Positions 1 to 8,970 of a DNA stretch of 29,322 nt are shown in pieces. Every line of letters starts with the position of its first letter. Position 1 is the stretch's first letter. This stretch comes from a virus. Its lineage: Duplodnaviria > Caudoviricetes. The DNA lies in the IMG/VR virus record IMGVR_UViG_3300048895_000026, positions 1 to 29,322 of that record. One strand, written 5' to 3'. The notes beneath the pieces are model-generated. The model was not told the origin of the DNA. It saw nothing but the letters and a program-made list of their open reading frames with translations, and ran no database searches. The position numbers and the translations under genes were made by a program.

Positions 1-717
1 AGTACCATTTGCGCTAAACCAAGGAAGTTCGCCGATATTATTCTGGCCAGAACTTGAAGTAATAAAATCATCTTTTAATGTAACAACTGAATTAGGTAAA
101 AAACTCGATGGAATAGCTCCCCATGAAGGAGGGGAACCTGTAGTAGCTGTTAAAACTTGTCCCGTAGTTCCATTTGCCAACCAAGAAGGAACTCCTGTGG
201 CGCTAGAAATCATTGTCCCATTATTTGCGGCCGTAATTTCTGAAACAGTATTTGCAGCCGATGAATAAAGAACTTGATTGATTGTAGTCGTTGCGGGATA
301 TGTAGCAGTCGAAAAAGCAGGATCTGCACTTGATCCAGCAGATTGTAAAACTTGTCCAGATGTTGCAGTTGGACCAACTTTTGTTATTGTTGCTGTGCCT
401 GCACCAATTAATACAGAATGGTTTGTCAATCCTGTTAATTGTGCTGTCAACGTACTGCCAGAACCAACAGTTGTTAAACTACCAGTTCCTAAAATATTCC
501 AATTTCCTGACGATGGACTTAATGCACCACCAGAATTACCAGTAATGGTTTGCCCAATTGCTCCAGATGCGCTTATAGTCGGGTTACCTGAAACACCATT
601 ACCATTTGTAATAGTAACGCCGGTACCGGCGGTCAATGTACAGCCTTTGAATAAATTTATCCCATCAAAAGACTGTAAACCAACTTCGGAAATATTGAGT
701 GAATTTGCTGCTGTCAT
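1..717 (-). CDS. Tail fibre / receptor-binding protein, 3' end outside the window (not in ORF track)
   Basis: ATG at 717 with AGAGG SD; open frame to position 1: MTAANSLNISEVGLQSFDGINLFKG...GTTGQVLTATTGSPPSW. G/T/S-rich fibre repeats; N-terminus shared with 727..1428. Confidence 0.8.
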   Translation of the reverse strand, partial: MTAANSLNISEVGLQSFDGINLFKGCTLTAGTGVTITNGNGVSGNPTISASGAIGQTITGNSGGALSPSSGNWNILGTGSLTTVGSGSTLTAQLTGLTNHSVLIGAGTATITKVGPTATSGQVLQSAGSSADPAFSTATYPATTTINQVLYSSAANTVSEITAANNGTMISSATGVPSWLANGTTGQVLTATTGSPPSWGAIPSSFLPNSVVTLKDDFITSSSGQNNIGELPWFSANGT

Positions 718-726
718 AGAACCTCT

Positions 727-1428
727 TTAAGCTACTTTAAAGCCACTAAATATAGATGCTGGAGTAAATGCACTTGCAGATATAGCCCCACCATTAAGTT
801 GAAAATTACCTGTTCCGTCTGCAAGAGGTTGAACTTTAACAGTATCTCCAGCGGTCATCTGCATTGTCCATGCAAAACTATTGATTGCTGAAGCTACAGT
901 AAGTTGAGCGGCTCGAAATGATTGTACACTACCTGTAACTGCCATCAAAAACTGTGTCGTACCCACAGCAGTTACAAAAAATAAAGTACATGAAAATGAA
1001 TAAAATCCTGTTGAAGGAGCTGTAAAAATTCCCGTTGAAGTATTATATCCTGAACCTACATTTACAACCGTCGTATCAAAAATAACTACATTTGAGGTAT
1101 TATTTGATGCTGGGTAATTTGTGGTAGATGCGGATAAATAAGCTTGAAAATATGCGCTTGAACCTCCTCCACTCGCTGGTGAAGATGTCCAAATAGAGCC
1201 GTTACTTGTTAATACATTCCCATTTGCTCCAGGCGATGTTAATCCTGTTCCACCTAATGCCGTACTTACTGGACTTATCAATGCTAATGTAGGATTTCCA
1301 GAAACGCCACTACCATTACTAATAGTAGCGCCTGCGCCCGCTGTAAGCGTTCTACCCTTAAATAGATTTATTCCATCAAAAGATTGGAAACCTGTTTCGC
1401 TAATATTTAGACTATTTGCTGCTGTCAT
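727..1428 (-). CDS. Short tail fibre / receptor-binding protein with C-terminal C1q-like domain
   Basis: C1q-type signature YFQAYL...VIFD...NVGSGYNTSTGIFTAPSTGFYSFS...MQMTAGDTV; GNVLTSNG fibre motif. Confidence 0.75.
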   Translation of the reverse strand: MTAANSLNISETGFQSFDGINLFKGRTLTAGAGATISNGSGVSGNPTLALISPVSTALGGTGLTSPGANGNVLTSNGSIWTSSPASGGGSSAYFQAYLSASTTNYPASNNTSNVVIFDTTVVNVGSGYNTSTGIFTAPSTGFYSFSCTLFFVTAVGTTQFLMAVTGSVQSFRAAQLTVASAINSFAWTMQMTAGDTVKVQPLADGTGNFQLNGGAISASAFTPASIFSGFKVA

Positions 1429-1437
1429 ATATTCTCT

Positions 1438-1965
1438 TTAAACAACTGTCCAAGATCCCATTGACTCGACTGCATGCCAAGTAAGGTCCGATAATTTAAA
1501 AACCAACCCTAACATACTACCTTGAACATTCGCTGTTGCTGTACCTCCTAAAATTGATATTTGACCACCAACTTCAATTCGTTGATCTGCCGGAGCCTTT
1601 ACAGTTACTACAGAAGGTAAAGTTAAAGAAACATCAACATAAAAAATGATCGTATTTCCTAATACAAGAGCTGGAGGCCCTAAAGTAGAAGGTAAAGTGC
1701 CTGTTAATGCGACATTACAAAAATAACCTTTCTGCACTTCTGCTGTAAAATCTCCATTTTCTTCAACCCATGCAAATCCATCATTTTTTACATTAATTGT
1801 AACTGTCCCTGTTCCCACATTTCCTGTGGTCGTTGCGCCAATGCCACCAGCAACATTTAATACATTTGACAATGGGATTACATTCGCCCCATCGTCTGTA
1901 TGAAATGTGGTAGGCACAGATGGAGGCAAAGAACCTGCGCTTACGCCTACAAAAAATTGACTCAT
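1438..1965 (-). CDS. Tail-associated structural protein
   Basis: Likely start MSQFFVG at 1965 (AGGAGG SD) rather than 2007; beta-rich; lies in the fibre cluster. Confidence 0.6.
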   Translation of the reverse strand: MSQFFVGVSAGSLPPSVPTTFHTDDGANVIPLSNVLNVAGGIGATTTGNVGTGTVTINVKNDGFAWVEENGDFTAEVQKGYFCNVALTGTLPSTLGPPALVLGNTIIFYVDVSLTLPSVVTVKAPADQRIEVGGQISILGGTATANVQGSMLGLVFKLSDLTWHAVESMGSWTVV

Positions 1966-1972
1966 AAGCCTC

Positions 1973-2347
1973 CTAACGATATCCGATAATTTGAAGAAAA
2001 GTAGCATGTGCAGCAGTTTTTGCCCAAATTAATTGCCCTTGGGCTACATTAAGAGTTCCTGTTCCATAGCTGCCACCATCATAATGGTTTGTTTGGAAGT
2101 CTACTATCAATGTTCCTAATGGAGGAATAAAATCATGATCGTTAACACCATCTAGACTAATATCAATAGAGGCTGTTGTGCTTGGATTCCAAATTTTAAG
2201 AATCTTTGCTGTATCACTGAAACCTATTGTACTGGCATTTGATTGCGTTCCTGCGCCATTAATAACTTGGTAAGAACCAGTTAAAGAAGCAGGATCAAAT
2301 TGAGCTTTCAAAACACACTGTACTCTACTTAATTCATCTGTTGCCAT
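1973..2347 (-). CDS. Small virion/tail protein (beta-rich), function unknown
   Basis: 124 aa ORF coupled to the upstream stop (TAATG); tail cluster. Confidence 0.55.
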   Translation of the reverse strand: MATDELSRVQCVLKAQFDPASLTGSYQVINGAGTQSNASTIGFSDTAKILKIWNPSTTASIDISLDGVNDHDFIPPLGTLIVDFQTNHYDGGSYGTGTLNVAQGQLIWAKTAAHATFLQIIGYR

Positions 2348-2550
2348 TATTCCCCCTGGATAGGTTCGGGCGACGTTTCTTCTTTAACTTCTGGATCAGA
2401 TTGTTTTGCTGCATTTTTTATATCATTTGCAATTTTGATAATTTCCACACCAAGTTTCTCTAAGTCATCTGCTACTATATTTACATTGCAAAGAACATGA
2501 AATATTTGTTCACCGATTTGAATTGATTTAATTAAAAGTTGATTGAACAT
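2347..2550 (-). CDS. Small hypothetical protein (possible fibre chaperone)
   Basis: Start MFNQLL at 2550 with GAGG SD; directly follows the long fibre gene. The function is a positional guess. Confidence 0.5.
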   Translation of the reverse strand: MFNQLLIKSIQIGEQIFHVLCNVNIVADDLEKLGVEIIKIANDIKNAAKQSDPEVKEETSPEPIQGE

Positions 2551-2567
2551 GTTTTTCCTCGATTTTT

Positions 2568-2584
2568 GGGGGAATTTCACCCCC
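2568..2584. other. GC-rich hairpin after the long fibre gene
   Basis: GGGGG-AATTTCA-CCCCC; no U-tract on the minus (sense) strand, so more likely an mRNA-stabilising stem than a terminator. Confidence 0.4.
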
Positions 2585-2590
2585 TAGTTA

Positions 2591-4957
2591 TTATGTAGGT
2601 CTTACAATAAAATAAGCATATGTAGAAACGTCAGCCGTTTGTGTGCTTCCGGGAGTCCCTAGAATAACACTTGTCACAGTAAAGCTAGTTGCATTGCTAA
2701 TAGTATATGTTAGCTCACCTAATGTTGTAGATGCTGCAACACCTGTTCGAGTTAATATAATAACATCACCTGTTGCAATATTCGTATTGGCTATTGTCTG
2801 AGTACCAGCAGTCAAAACGCCTGTTCCAATAAAATCAGTAACAGCACCACCATTGACAAGAAGTGTTTTAGCTACTGAAGCAATTGAAAGATGTCCACCT
2901 GTTACCGATACATTGCCAGAACCCGACTGAAGGTTTAGAGATGCTGCGCCATTCGTTGTACCGACTGTAACAACGTTTGCTGCTGCACCTGTTCCTATGT
3001 TAATTGTTTTAACTCCAGTACTTGCCGCCACATTAAGTGTTTGTACACCTGTACCACCTGCAATAGTCATAATGCCGGTATTCGCGCCAGTCCCACCAAA
3101 GTTAATAGTTCCTGAGGTAGTTGATGGAGCAAATGTATAGGCTGAAGTAGCAGCACCATCAAGACTAAAGTTGCCTGTGCCTACTAGCAAACTCATGCTT
3201 GCAGCGCCTGAAACTGTTCCTATAGTAACTACGTTAGCAACAGCGCCATTTGCAATATTAACGGCTTTTGCTGATCCTGCACCACTTGCAATATTTACTG
3301 TTGTCGCTCCTGTACCTGCACCAATTGCCACAATATTAGTACCTGAAGAACTTCCAAGCGTAATAGTTCCCGTTTCTGCAGTACCCCCAATTGTAATTGT
3401 GCCTGTAGTAGTTGATGCGCCGATCGTGTAGGTTGATGTAGCAGCACCATCAAGACTAAAGTTACCAGTTCCAACTTTTAAAGCTAAAGAGGCAGCGCCT
3501 GTTACCGTACCAATTGTGATAACGTTATCAATTGCGCCAGTGCCAATATTGACTGTTTTAATACCAGTTCCACCAGTAGCAATAGCAACTGTTTGCGCGC
3601 CTGTTCCAGGAGCAATAGAAATTGTTCCAGTTTGGAGTCCAGTTCCGCCCACTGTAATTGTTCCAGTAGTCATCGCTGTGCCTAGATTAATCGCTCCCGC
3701 TACTTGAACGGCTGCAATATTAACTGTACCAGCTCCAGAACCATTGGCAATAGCTACTGTATTAGTTCCAGAAGATGAACCTAAAATTAAGTTACCAGTC
3801 TGTGCAGTTCCTCCAATAGTAATTGTACCTGTGGTAGTTGCTGCACCAATCGCATAAGTAGATGTAGCTGCACCATTAAGAGCAAAGTTGCCAGTTCCTA
3901 CATTGATATTTACCGCTGTGGCTCCAGTAACATTTCCGATGGTGATCGTCTTCGCAATTGTTGTACCAATAGTTATTGGACCTGTTCCAGAATCGATAAC
4001 AACTGCACTAGCTCCAGTTTGGTTACCAATTGTGACAGTATGAGCAATAGCATTAGTTCCAATGTTGATAGCTCCAGTTCCAGCATTAAGGACTAAACTT
4101 GTTCCACCTGTTGAATTTCCAAGCGTTATTGTTCTTGCTGCTGCACCTGTTCCTATATTGATATTTTGGGCAACAGCATCGTTACCAATGCTAATTACGC
4201 CAGCTGAAGAATTAAGCTCTAAAACTCCTGCGGAATCAATCAAAACTGTATCAGCAGAGTTTAGAACAATATCACCTGTTCCAGTAGAAGTTACTGTAAA
4301 CGATCCTGTGCCTGTGTTCACAGCAACAGCCGTTGCGCCAGTTACATTACCTAGAGTAATTGTTCTTGCTGCTGCACCTGTTCCTATATTAATTGCATCT
4401 GCCGAGGCATCAGCGCCAAGGTTTAGCGCTGTTCCTGCTGTATTGATTGTCGCGCTTGCGGAACCTGTGTAAAGTCCAGAAGATGCTAAGGTAGTGAATG
4501 AACCAGCTCCACCTGTAACAGGAAACCCAGCTGCGATGGCTGCTTTTACTTTTAAAGGAGTCATCGCTGTATTATCATCAGTTCCTGTTGTTGCCTCTGT
4601 ATTGGTAGATAATTGACCGATACCGGATACAGTTTCGCTCCATGCTGGCGCGCCAGCAATAGCTAGATTGTCAGCATAAACCTTAGTAGCTACAGGTTCG
4701 CTATTGTCTGTTAGAATTACTGTCCCATATGTTGTGGTTGTAGCATGATTTCCACCATCAGTATTCCAATTTCCAGCACCCGTTGTTTCATATACAATTT
4801 TAGGATTGACGCTATTGTCTAACCATCTTGTACCAGACGGAAAGATATCTAATGATGTTGGGGCTCTCATTGGATCAAATAGAAATTGAGGATATACGAA
4901 GCCATCAAGATTACTCCCAAAGGCTCCATTTTGAAAATTACCAAGTGACGCTGTCAT
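2591..4957 (-). CDS. Long repetitive tail fibre/spike (beta-solenoid-like)
   Basis: 788 aa, Gly/Thr/Ala/Ile-rich, many INIGTGAAA / TITIGGT repeats; AGGAG SD. Confidence 0.75.
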   Translation of the reverse strand: MTASLGNFQNGAFGSNLDGFVYPQFLFDPMRAPTSLDIFPSGTRWLDNSVNPKIVYETTGAGNWNTDGGNHATTTTYGTVILTDNSEPVATKVYADNLAIAGAPAWSETVSGIGQLSTNTEATTGTDDNTAMTPLKVKAAIAAGFPVTGGAGSFTTLASSGLYTGSASATINTAGTALNLGADASADAINIGTGAAARTITLGNVTGATAVAVNTGTGSFTVTSTGTGDIVLNSADTVLIDSAGVLELNSSAGVISIGNDAVAQNINIGTGAAARTITLGNSTGGTSLVLNAGTGAINIGTNAIAHTVTIGNQTGASAVVIDSGTGPITIGTTIAKTITIGNVTGATAVNINVGTGNFALNGAATSTYAIGAATTTGTITIGGTAQTGNLILGSSSGTNTVAIANGSGAGTVNIAAVQVAGAINLGTAMTTGTITVGGTGLQTGTISIAPGTGAQTVAIATGGTGIKTVNIGTGAIDNVITIGTVTGAASLALKVGTGNFSLDGAATSTYTIGASTTTGTITIGGTAETGTITLGSSSGTNIVAIGAGTGATTVNIASGAGSAKAVNIANGAVANVVTIGTVSGAASMSLLVGTGNFSLDGAATSAYTFAPSTTSGTINFGGTGANTGIMTIAGGTGVQTLNVAASTGVKTINIGTGAAANVVTVGTTNGAASLNLQSGSGNVSVTGGHLSIASVAKTLLVNGGAVTDFIGTGVLTAGTQTIANTNIATGDVIILTRTGVAASTTLGELTYTISNATSFTVTSVILGTPGSTQTADVSTYAYFIVRPT
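3147..3463. repeat. 26-bp exact direct repeat inside the fibre gene (3147-3172, 3438-3463)
   Basis: gtagcagcaccatcaagactaaagtt twice, 291 nt (97 codons) apart. Confidence 0.85.
4128..4390. repeat. 32-bp exact direct repeat inside the fibre gene (4128-4159, 4359-4390)
   Basis: attgttcttgctgctgcacctgttcctatatt twice, 231 nt (77 codons) apart. Confidence 0.85.
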
Positions 4958-5031
4958 AATGACTCCTATAAAAATTTAACTTATACAACTCTTTACTTTA
5001 ATGCAATAACCTATCGAGGATATGTGCAAGA

Positions 5032-5730
5032 TTAACTTAACTTTCTGTAATCATACCCGCCATTGCGAATGAGCTGATAAAAGGAAGCTCCTAAACTTGG
5101 CTTTCCAACCCACCATTTGCCCCACTGATTTTGGCCGTCTGTAGTGGCCTGGCGTGACATATTTTCAAACGATTTGTAAATATTTGCCGGCACGTTATTA
5201 TATTCATAAACAGGGCCTTGGCCAGAACCGCCATTACCCTGGAATTTAACCTTTAATTTCTTCGAATTAGGATCATAATCATAACCGTAAACATTACTAG
5301 AGTTTACTTCTGCGTGTGGTATGCCTTCTTCAGAAACTGGAGGCCTGCCGCTTGGCATCATTTCATGCAATTGAGCAATCGTCTGCTCTAATGCTGAAGG
5401 ATTATTTAGTAGTTGTCTAAGTTCTGGATCGGGGTAAGTTTGCAAATACTCTAGGAATATATCTTCTTTCTGGCCTGCTAGGATCCACATTAGCTGAGCT
5501 GAAGGTGCAGGGGCTGCTTCTATTGGTCTATTTTGGGATTGTTGCTGATCTTCCTCGCCTATTTGTGCTCTTAATATATCAATCTCATCAGTCGCAGCAT
5601 CAATCATATCAGCTAAAGCATCTTGAAAATCATTTTCTAAGCGTTGACCGCTTTGCAAAGTCTCTTGAATACCTGCAAGTATTTCGCCAATAATTTCTTC
5701 AAGTTCGGCAAGTCGCCTTTGCCTATCCAC
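5032..5730 (-). CDS. KTSC-domain protein with helical N-terminal extension
   Basis: C-terminal VNSSNVYGYDYDPNSKKLKVKF...VYEYNNVPANIY...SLGASFYQLIR matches the KTSC pattern; GTG start overlaps the upstream stop. Confidence 0.75.
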   Translation of the reverse strand: MDRQRRLAELEEIIGEILAGIQETLQSGQRLENDFQDALADMIDAATDEIDILRAQIGEEDQQQSQNRPIEAAPAPSAQLMWILAGQKEDIFLEYLQTYPDPELRQLLNNPSALEQTIAQLHEMMPSGRPPVSEEGIPHAEVNSSNVYGYDYDPNSKKLKVKFQGNGGSGQGPVYEYNNVPANIYKSFENMSRQATTDGQNQWGKWWVGKPSLGASFYQLIRNGGYDYRKLS

Positions 5731-6406
5731 CGAAATAAGCCCCTAGTTTCTGATATGCTGCTTGTAATTTAGGGTTTATTTGGCTTTGTTGTCCTTGTGG
5801 TGCTTGAGGCGATTGTTGCATTTGTTGCCCCATTTCTTCCTGACCTTGTAAAGTGGCTTTACTTTGACCTTGATTTACTGCTTTGCCTTCGTAAAGTTCT
5901 CTAATAGACGTAGGGAATGGCTTGCCTGTTTGTTTCTCAATCTGTGAAGTAATTTCTAAGAATTCAGGTCTAATCATTGCGGTTGCTGCTGCATGATCTG
6001 GAGATTTGCCAGCTTGCACTTGTTGCTCAATGAAGTCTTGCAATTCTTGTGAAACTTGACCAATTTCATTTTGTCTATTTTCAGCTTTCTTCTCTTTTCC
6101 GAATTCGGGAAGGAATTCGCTCTTTAAGTAATCTAATCCCGATTGTAAAGATAGGCCTTGAGAAATTCCATGATCGAGAAACTTGCCAAGTTTTGGGACT
6201 ATCTTATCAATCCCTTTTTTAGCTATTTCAAGGGGAATGTACTCATTAAGAAACGGCAATACTTTCATAGCAAGCTGACCACCAGCTATTCCAGTGGCAG
6301 CGCTACCAGCAGTTTCTAACACTGATTTTACATTATTAGAGCGCTCTTTTGATTTCCTAATCTCATTTTCTGTGACTTCTTCATCAGGCCTTAAATAACT
6401 AGTCAT
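5723..6406 (-). CDS. Putative internal virion/ejection protein
   Basis: Helical with a Gln-rich tail; translationally coupled; position typical of podovirus ejection genes. Confidence 0.5.
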   Translation of the reverse strand: MTSYLRPDEEVTENEIRKSKERSNNVKSVLETAGSAATGIAGGQLAMKVLPFLNEYIPLEIAKKGIDKIVPKLGKFLDHGISQGLSLQSGLDYLKSEFLPEFGKEKKAENRQNEIGQVSQELQDFIEQQVQAGKSPDHAAATAMIRPEFLEITSQIEKQTGKPFPTSIRELYEGKAVNQGQSKATLQGQEEMGQQMQQSPQAPQGQQSQINPKLQAAYQKLGAYFGG

Positions 6407-7790
6407 TTGCCACCGACTTTGTAAATGCTGGAAATAAACCTATATCTCGCCAATCTGGAAGAAAGTCACTTACACCGGCATTAATTTCTCTTATTAATCT
6501 TGAATTGGTTCCTAATCTATCCTGATTTTCTCTTAAATAGTCGAAATAAGCGTTCTCATCAAAACCGGGATATCTTTGTTTCATATTTCTAGCAATCGCT
6601 AAAACACTGTCATTAGGGGACATATTTTTAATAAGATCTTCTGTAAAATTTCGAGTCTGTGCAGGCGTTTTTATAGCTCCTACTTTATTCATTAAATTTT
6701 TTACAGGCTCTGATCTGGGATAAGCTATTAATGCAGCACCCCCCTTTGACAATCCCATGCCTTTTTGCTCTGGAGTAAACATTTCATATCCAGTTTTACC
6801 CGTATCCATTCTTAAAAGATTGTAATAATCTTCTGACATTCCCATGTCTTGAAAATTCTTACCAATGTTTATCAAATTTTTTAGAGCCTCTTCTTTCTTT
6901 GAAGGCATCAATCTATCTATTACATCTCTGTTAGCTATTTGTTTTACTCTTCCCTTATCCTTTGCAATATCTAAAGACTTTTTAGAATAATATTCGGCTG
7001 ACTGCTGAGGTGTCATTTTTCCCGTAGCCACTGCATTTCTAGCTTTCTTTTTAATGTTTAACTGCTCTTCTCCACTAAGATCATTAAATGTTTCTTTGCC
7101 TTCTTTCTGCAATCTTGTTGCAAGCTCAGCGTCATATCTATCGTCAACGTCTTTATCTATTCCGGCTTTATAAGCTAATTCTTTTCTATATTCTTCCGGT
7201 GCTTGCTTATAACGCCTCTCCGCATCATTTGCTATTGCCTCGGCTTCATCATAATTTGATGCTAATCCGCTCGATATAGCGTTATCCATTGCGTCAAAGT
7301 GCATTTGTTGAGTAAATGGTCCAGCAGGAAGATATTTCTTTTCTAGAGGATTATCGGTTGCGGCGCCGGTTTGAGCAGTCTCTTGCTCTGCTAATTTTTC
7401 ATTCATTCCCTTTTTAGCCGGTGGCTTTTGTTCCACTTGCTGATTTAAACCCTCCATTCTCTGCTCAAAGGCCGATCTTTCCGGCATTGGGATTTCAGAA
7501 TTAGCGCTAGTTCCTTTATTCGCCCGTCTATTAAGGGCGTCCATCTTTGCTTGATCCCTCAATAGCTTACTTCCGCTTTCTACTATTTGAGGGGTTGATC
7601 CTCTTGCAGATGCCAGTCCTGAAAATTGTTGAAATGGAGTTAAATCCTTCTGCTCTGAAATATTTTTTAAATCTTCGGCTAAGCCTCTTCTTTCAATTTC
7701 TTTAGGCACATTTTCTGCCAGTCTGTTTGCAGCGCCTTTCGCAAAACTTCCTAAAAGGGTTTGCTTTGGTGGCAACATCTGAATAGTCAT
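6399..7790 (-). CDS. Putative internal virion/ejection protein
   Basis: About 463 aa charged helical protein; ATG at 7790 overlaps the upstream TGA; synteny. Confidence 0.55.
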   Translation of the reverse strand: MTIQMLPPKQTLLGSFAKGAANRLAENVPKEIERRGLAEDLKNISEQKDLTPFQQFSGLASARGSTPQIVESGSKLLRDQAKMDALNRRANKGTSANSEIPMPERSAFEQRMEGLNQQVEQKPPAKKGMNEKLAEQETAQTGAATDNPLEKKYLPAGPFTQQMHFDAMDNAISSGLASNYDEAEAIANDAERRYKQAPEEYRKELAYKAGIDKDVDDRYDAELATRLQKEGKETFNDLSGEEQLNIKKKARNAVATGKMTPQQSAEYYSKKSLDIAKDKGRVKQIANRDVIDRLMPSKKEEALKNLINIGKNFQDMGMSEDYYNLLRMDTGKTGYEMFTPEQKGMGLSKGGAALIAYPRSEPVKNLMNKVGAIKTPAQTRNFTEDLIKNMSPNDSVLAIARNMKQRYPGFDENAYFDYLRENQDRLGTNSRLIREINAGVSDFLPDWRDIGLFPAFTKSVAND

Positions 7791-8488
7791 CAATAACCTC
7801 CAAATGTCGGCAAGTTATAATTTCCGCTTGTTTGTGGCTGAACCCCTAATTTTTGCCCTTGCTTTCCATAAGGGCTCGTATTTCGGGTAGAAGCTGTCAT
7901 GTCTTGCCCCGCTTTTATAGAGCTTTGACTTTTTGAATTTCTATAATATTCCATTGCTGCATCTGTAGCAGCTGAGCCAAAACCACCAGCTGCATCATTG
8001 TAGTCATTATTAGGCGAATTCATTGTATTTGTAACTACTGGCTGCAATGATTGCCTTCCTAAGTTGGCAAGTCCCGTAGCCCCTTGCATTCTTAGATTAG
8101 ATCTCATCGCCGCTAGTCTTTCCGATAGATCTGTACCAGCTCCAACCGTTGCATTTTGAAAACCACTAGAACTTAGATTGCCTGATCCCATGCCGGCAAA
8201 CTGCTCTGCAAGATCTGGTATTGTCTGCTCATTAAATTTCCTTTGTTCTGGCGCAAACATTTCCGCAGCATTCTTACTGTCGGGACTCATCAGATCTCTG
8301 TAATAATCCGCAATGTCACCATAAACTCCGCCACCTTTTTTACCCTGAATAGCTCTTTCAAGCTGTCTTTGAGTTTTTCTTTGTGTAGGTGTTAAATTTG
8401 ATACTTGGCGAACGTCATCATCGTCATCGTTATAAAAACCCATGACCTTATCAGCAACCCATAAACCAATTGGAACCATCCAAGCCAT
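7790..8488 (-). CDS. Putative DNA ejection/pilot protein (P22 gp7-like position)
   Basis: Start MAWMVPIG at 8488 (GAGG SD); Gly/Ala/Gln-rich with LAEQFAGMGSGNLSSSG motif. Confidence 0.55.
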   Translation of the reverse strand: MAWMVPIGLWVADKVMGFYNDDDDDVRQVSNLTPTQRKTQRQLERAIQGKKGGGVYGDIADYYRDLMSPDSKNAAEMFAPEQRKFNEQTIPDLAEQFAGMGSGNLSSSGFQNATVGAGTDLSERLAAMRSNLRMQGATGLANLGRQSLQPVVTNTMNSPNNDYNDAAGGFGSAATDAAMEYYRNSKSQSSIKAGQDMTASTRNTSPYGKQGQKLGVQPQTSGNYNLPTFGGY

Positions 8489-8496
8489 AAATACCT

Positions 8497-8970
8497 CTAA
8501 ATTTCTTGTATATATTCGATAAAGCAAAATGCCCTATCAAATATTTGGGGTGAAGTAACTATTATTTGTGTTGTTGTCATCAATACATCATTACCATTTA
8601 TCACTCGAGCGGTTAGAGTGCCAGAATTTGTCCCAGCTACCCACATATCTATAAGCGTAAATCTGAAATCAAACAAAATTCCATGTGCTACACCTGGATT
8701 TACGCCAGCAACCAAAGCACCTAAATCAATAACCTTTCGCAATACTTGCCTATATGGCGCTTGCTCCCCTGTGGGATTAGAAACAGCCGGAATAAATGCT
8801 TTTCCTGTTAAAACTTCTTCATCAAGTAACCAGCCAATTTCTCGCCTATTAGTGACTTCAGATATTTTTTTCAATACCTCTACAAAGAAAGGTTTAGCTT
8901 CTTCCCATGTTTCTGGGACAGCATCATAAACGGGTAAATAAGAATCAAAAAATGTTGAGTCGTTAATCAT
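8497..8970 (-). CDS. Hypothetical tail-region structural protein
   Basis: 157 aa, ATGA overlap with the upstream gene. Confidence 0.55.
   Translation of the reverse strand: MINDSTFFDSYLPVYDAVPETWEEAKPFFVEVLKKISEVTNRREIGWLLDEEVLTGKAFIPAVSNPTGEQAPYRQVLRKVIDLGALVAGVNPGVAHGILFDFRFTLIDMWVAGTNSGTLTARVINGNDVLMTTTQIIVTSPQIFDRAFCFIEYIQEI

Noticed and set aside
577-1428. Diversity-generating retroelement TR/VR pair in the fibre genes
   Set aside because: The repeat is N-terminal, differences are mostly synonymous and not adenine-specific, and no reverse transcriptase is present in the window.
278-4472. Plus-strand ORFs 278..730, 330..545, 3171..3431, 3516..3707 and 4062..4472
   Set aside because: Antisense shadows of Gly/Thr/Ala-rich fibre genes; Pro/Val-rich with no SD.
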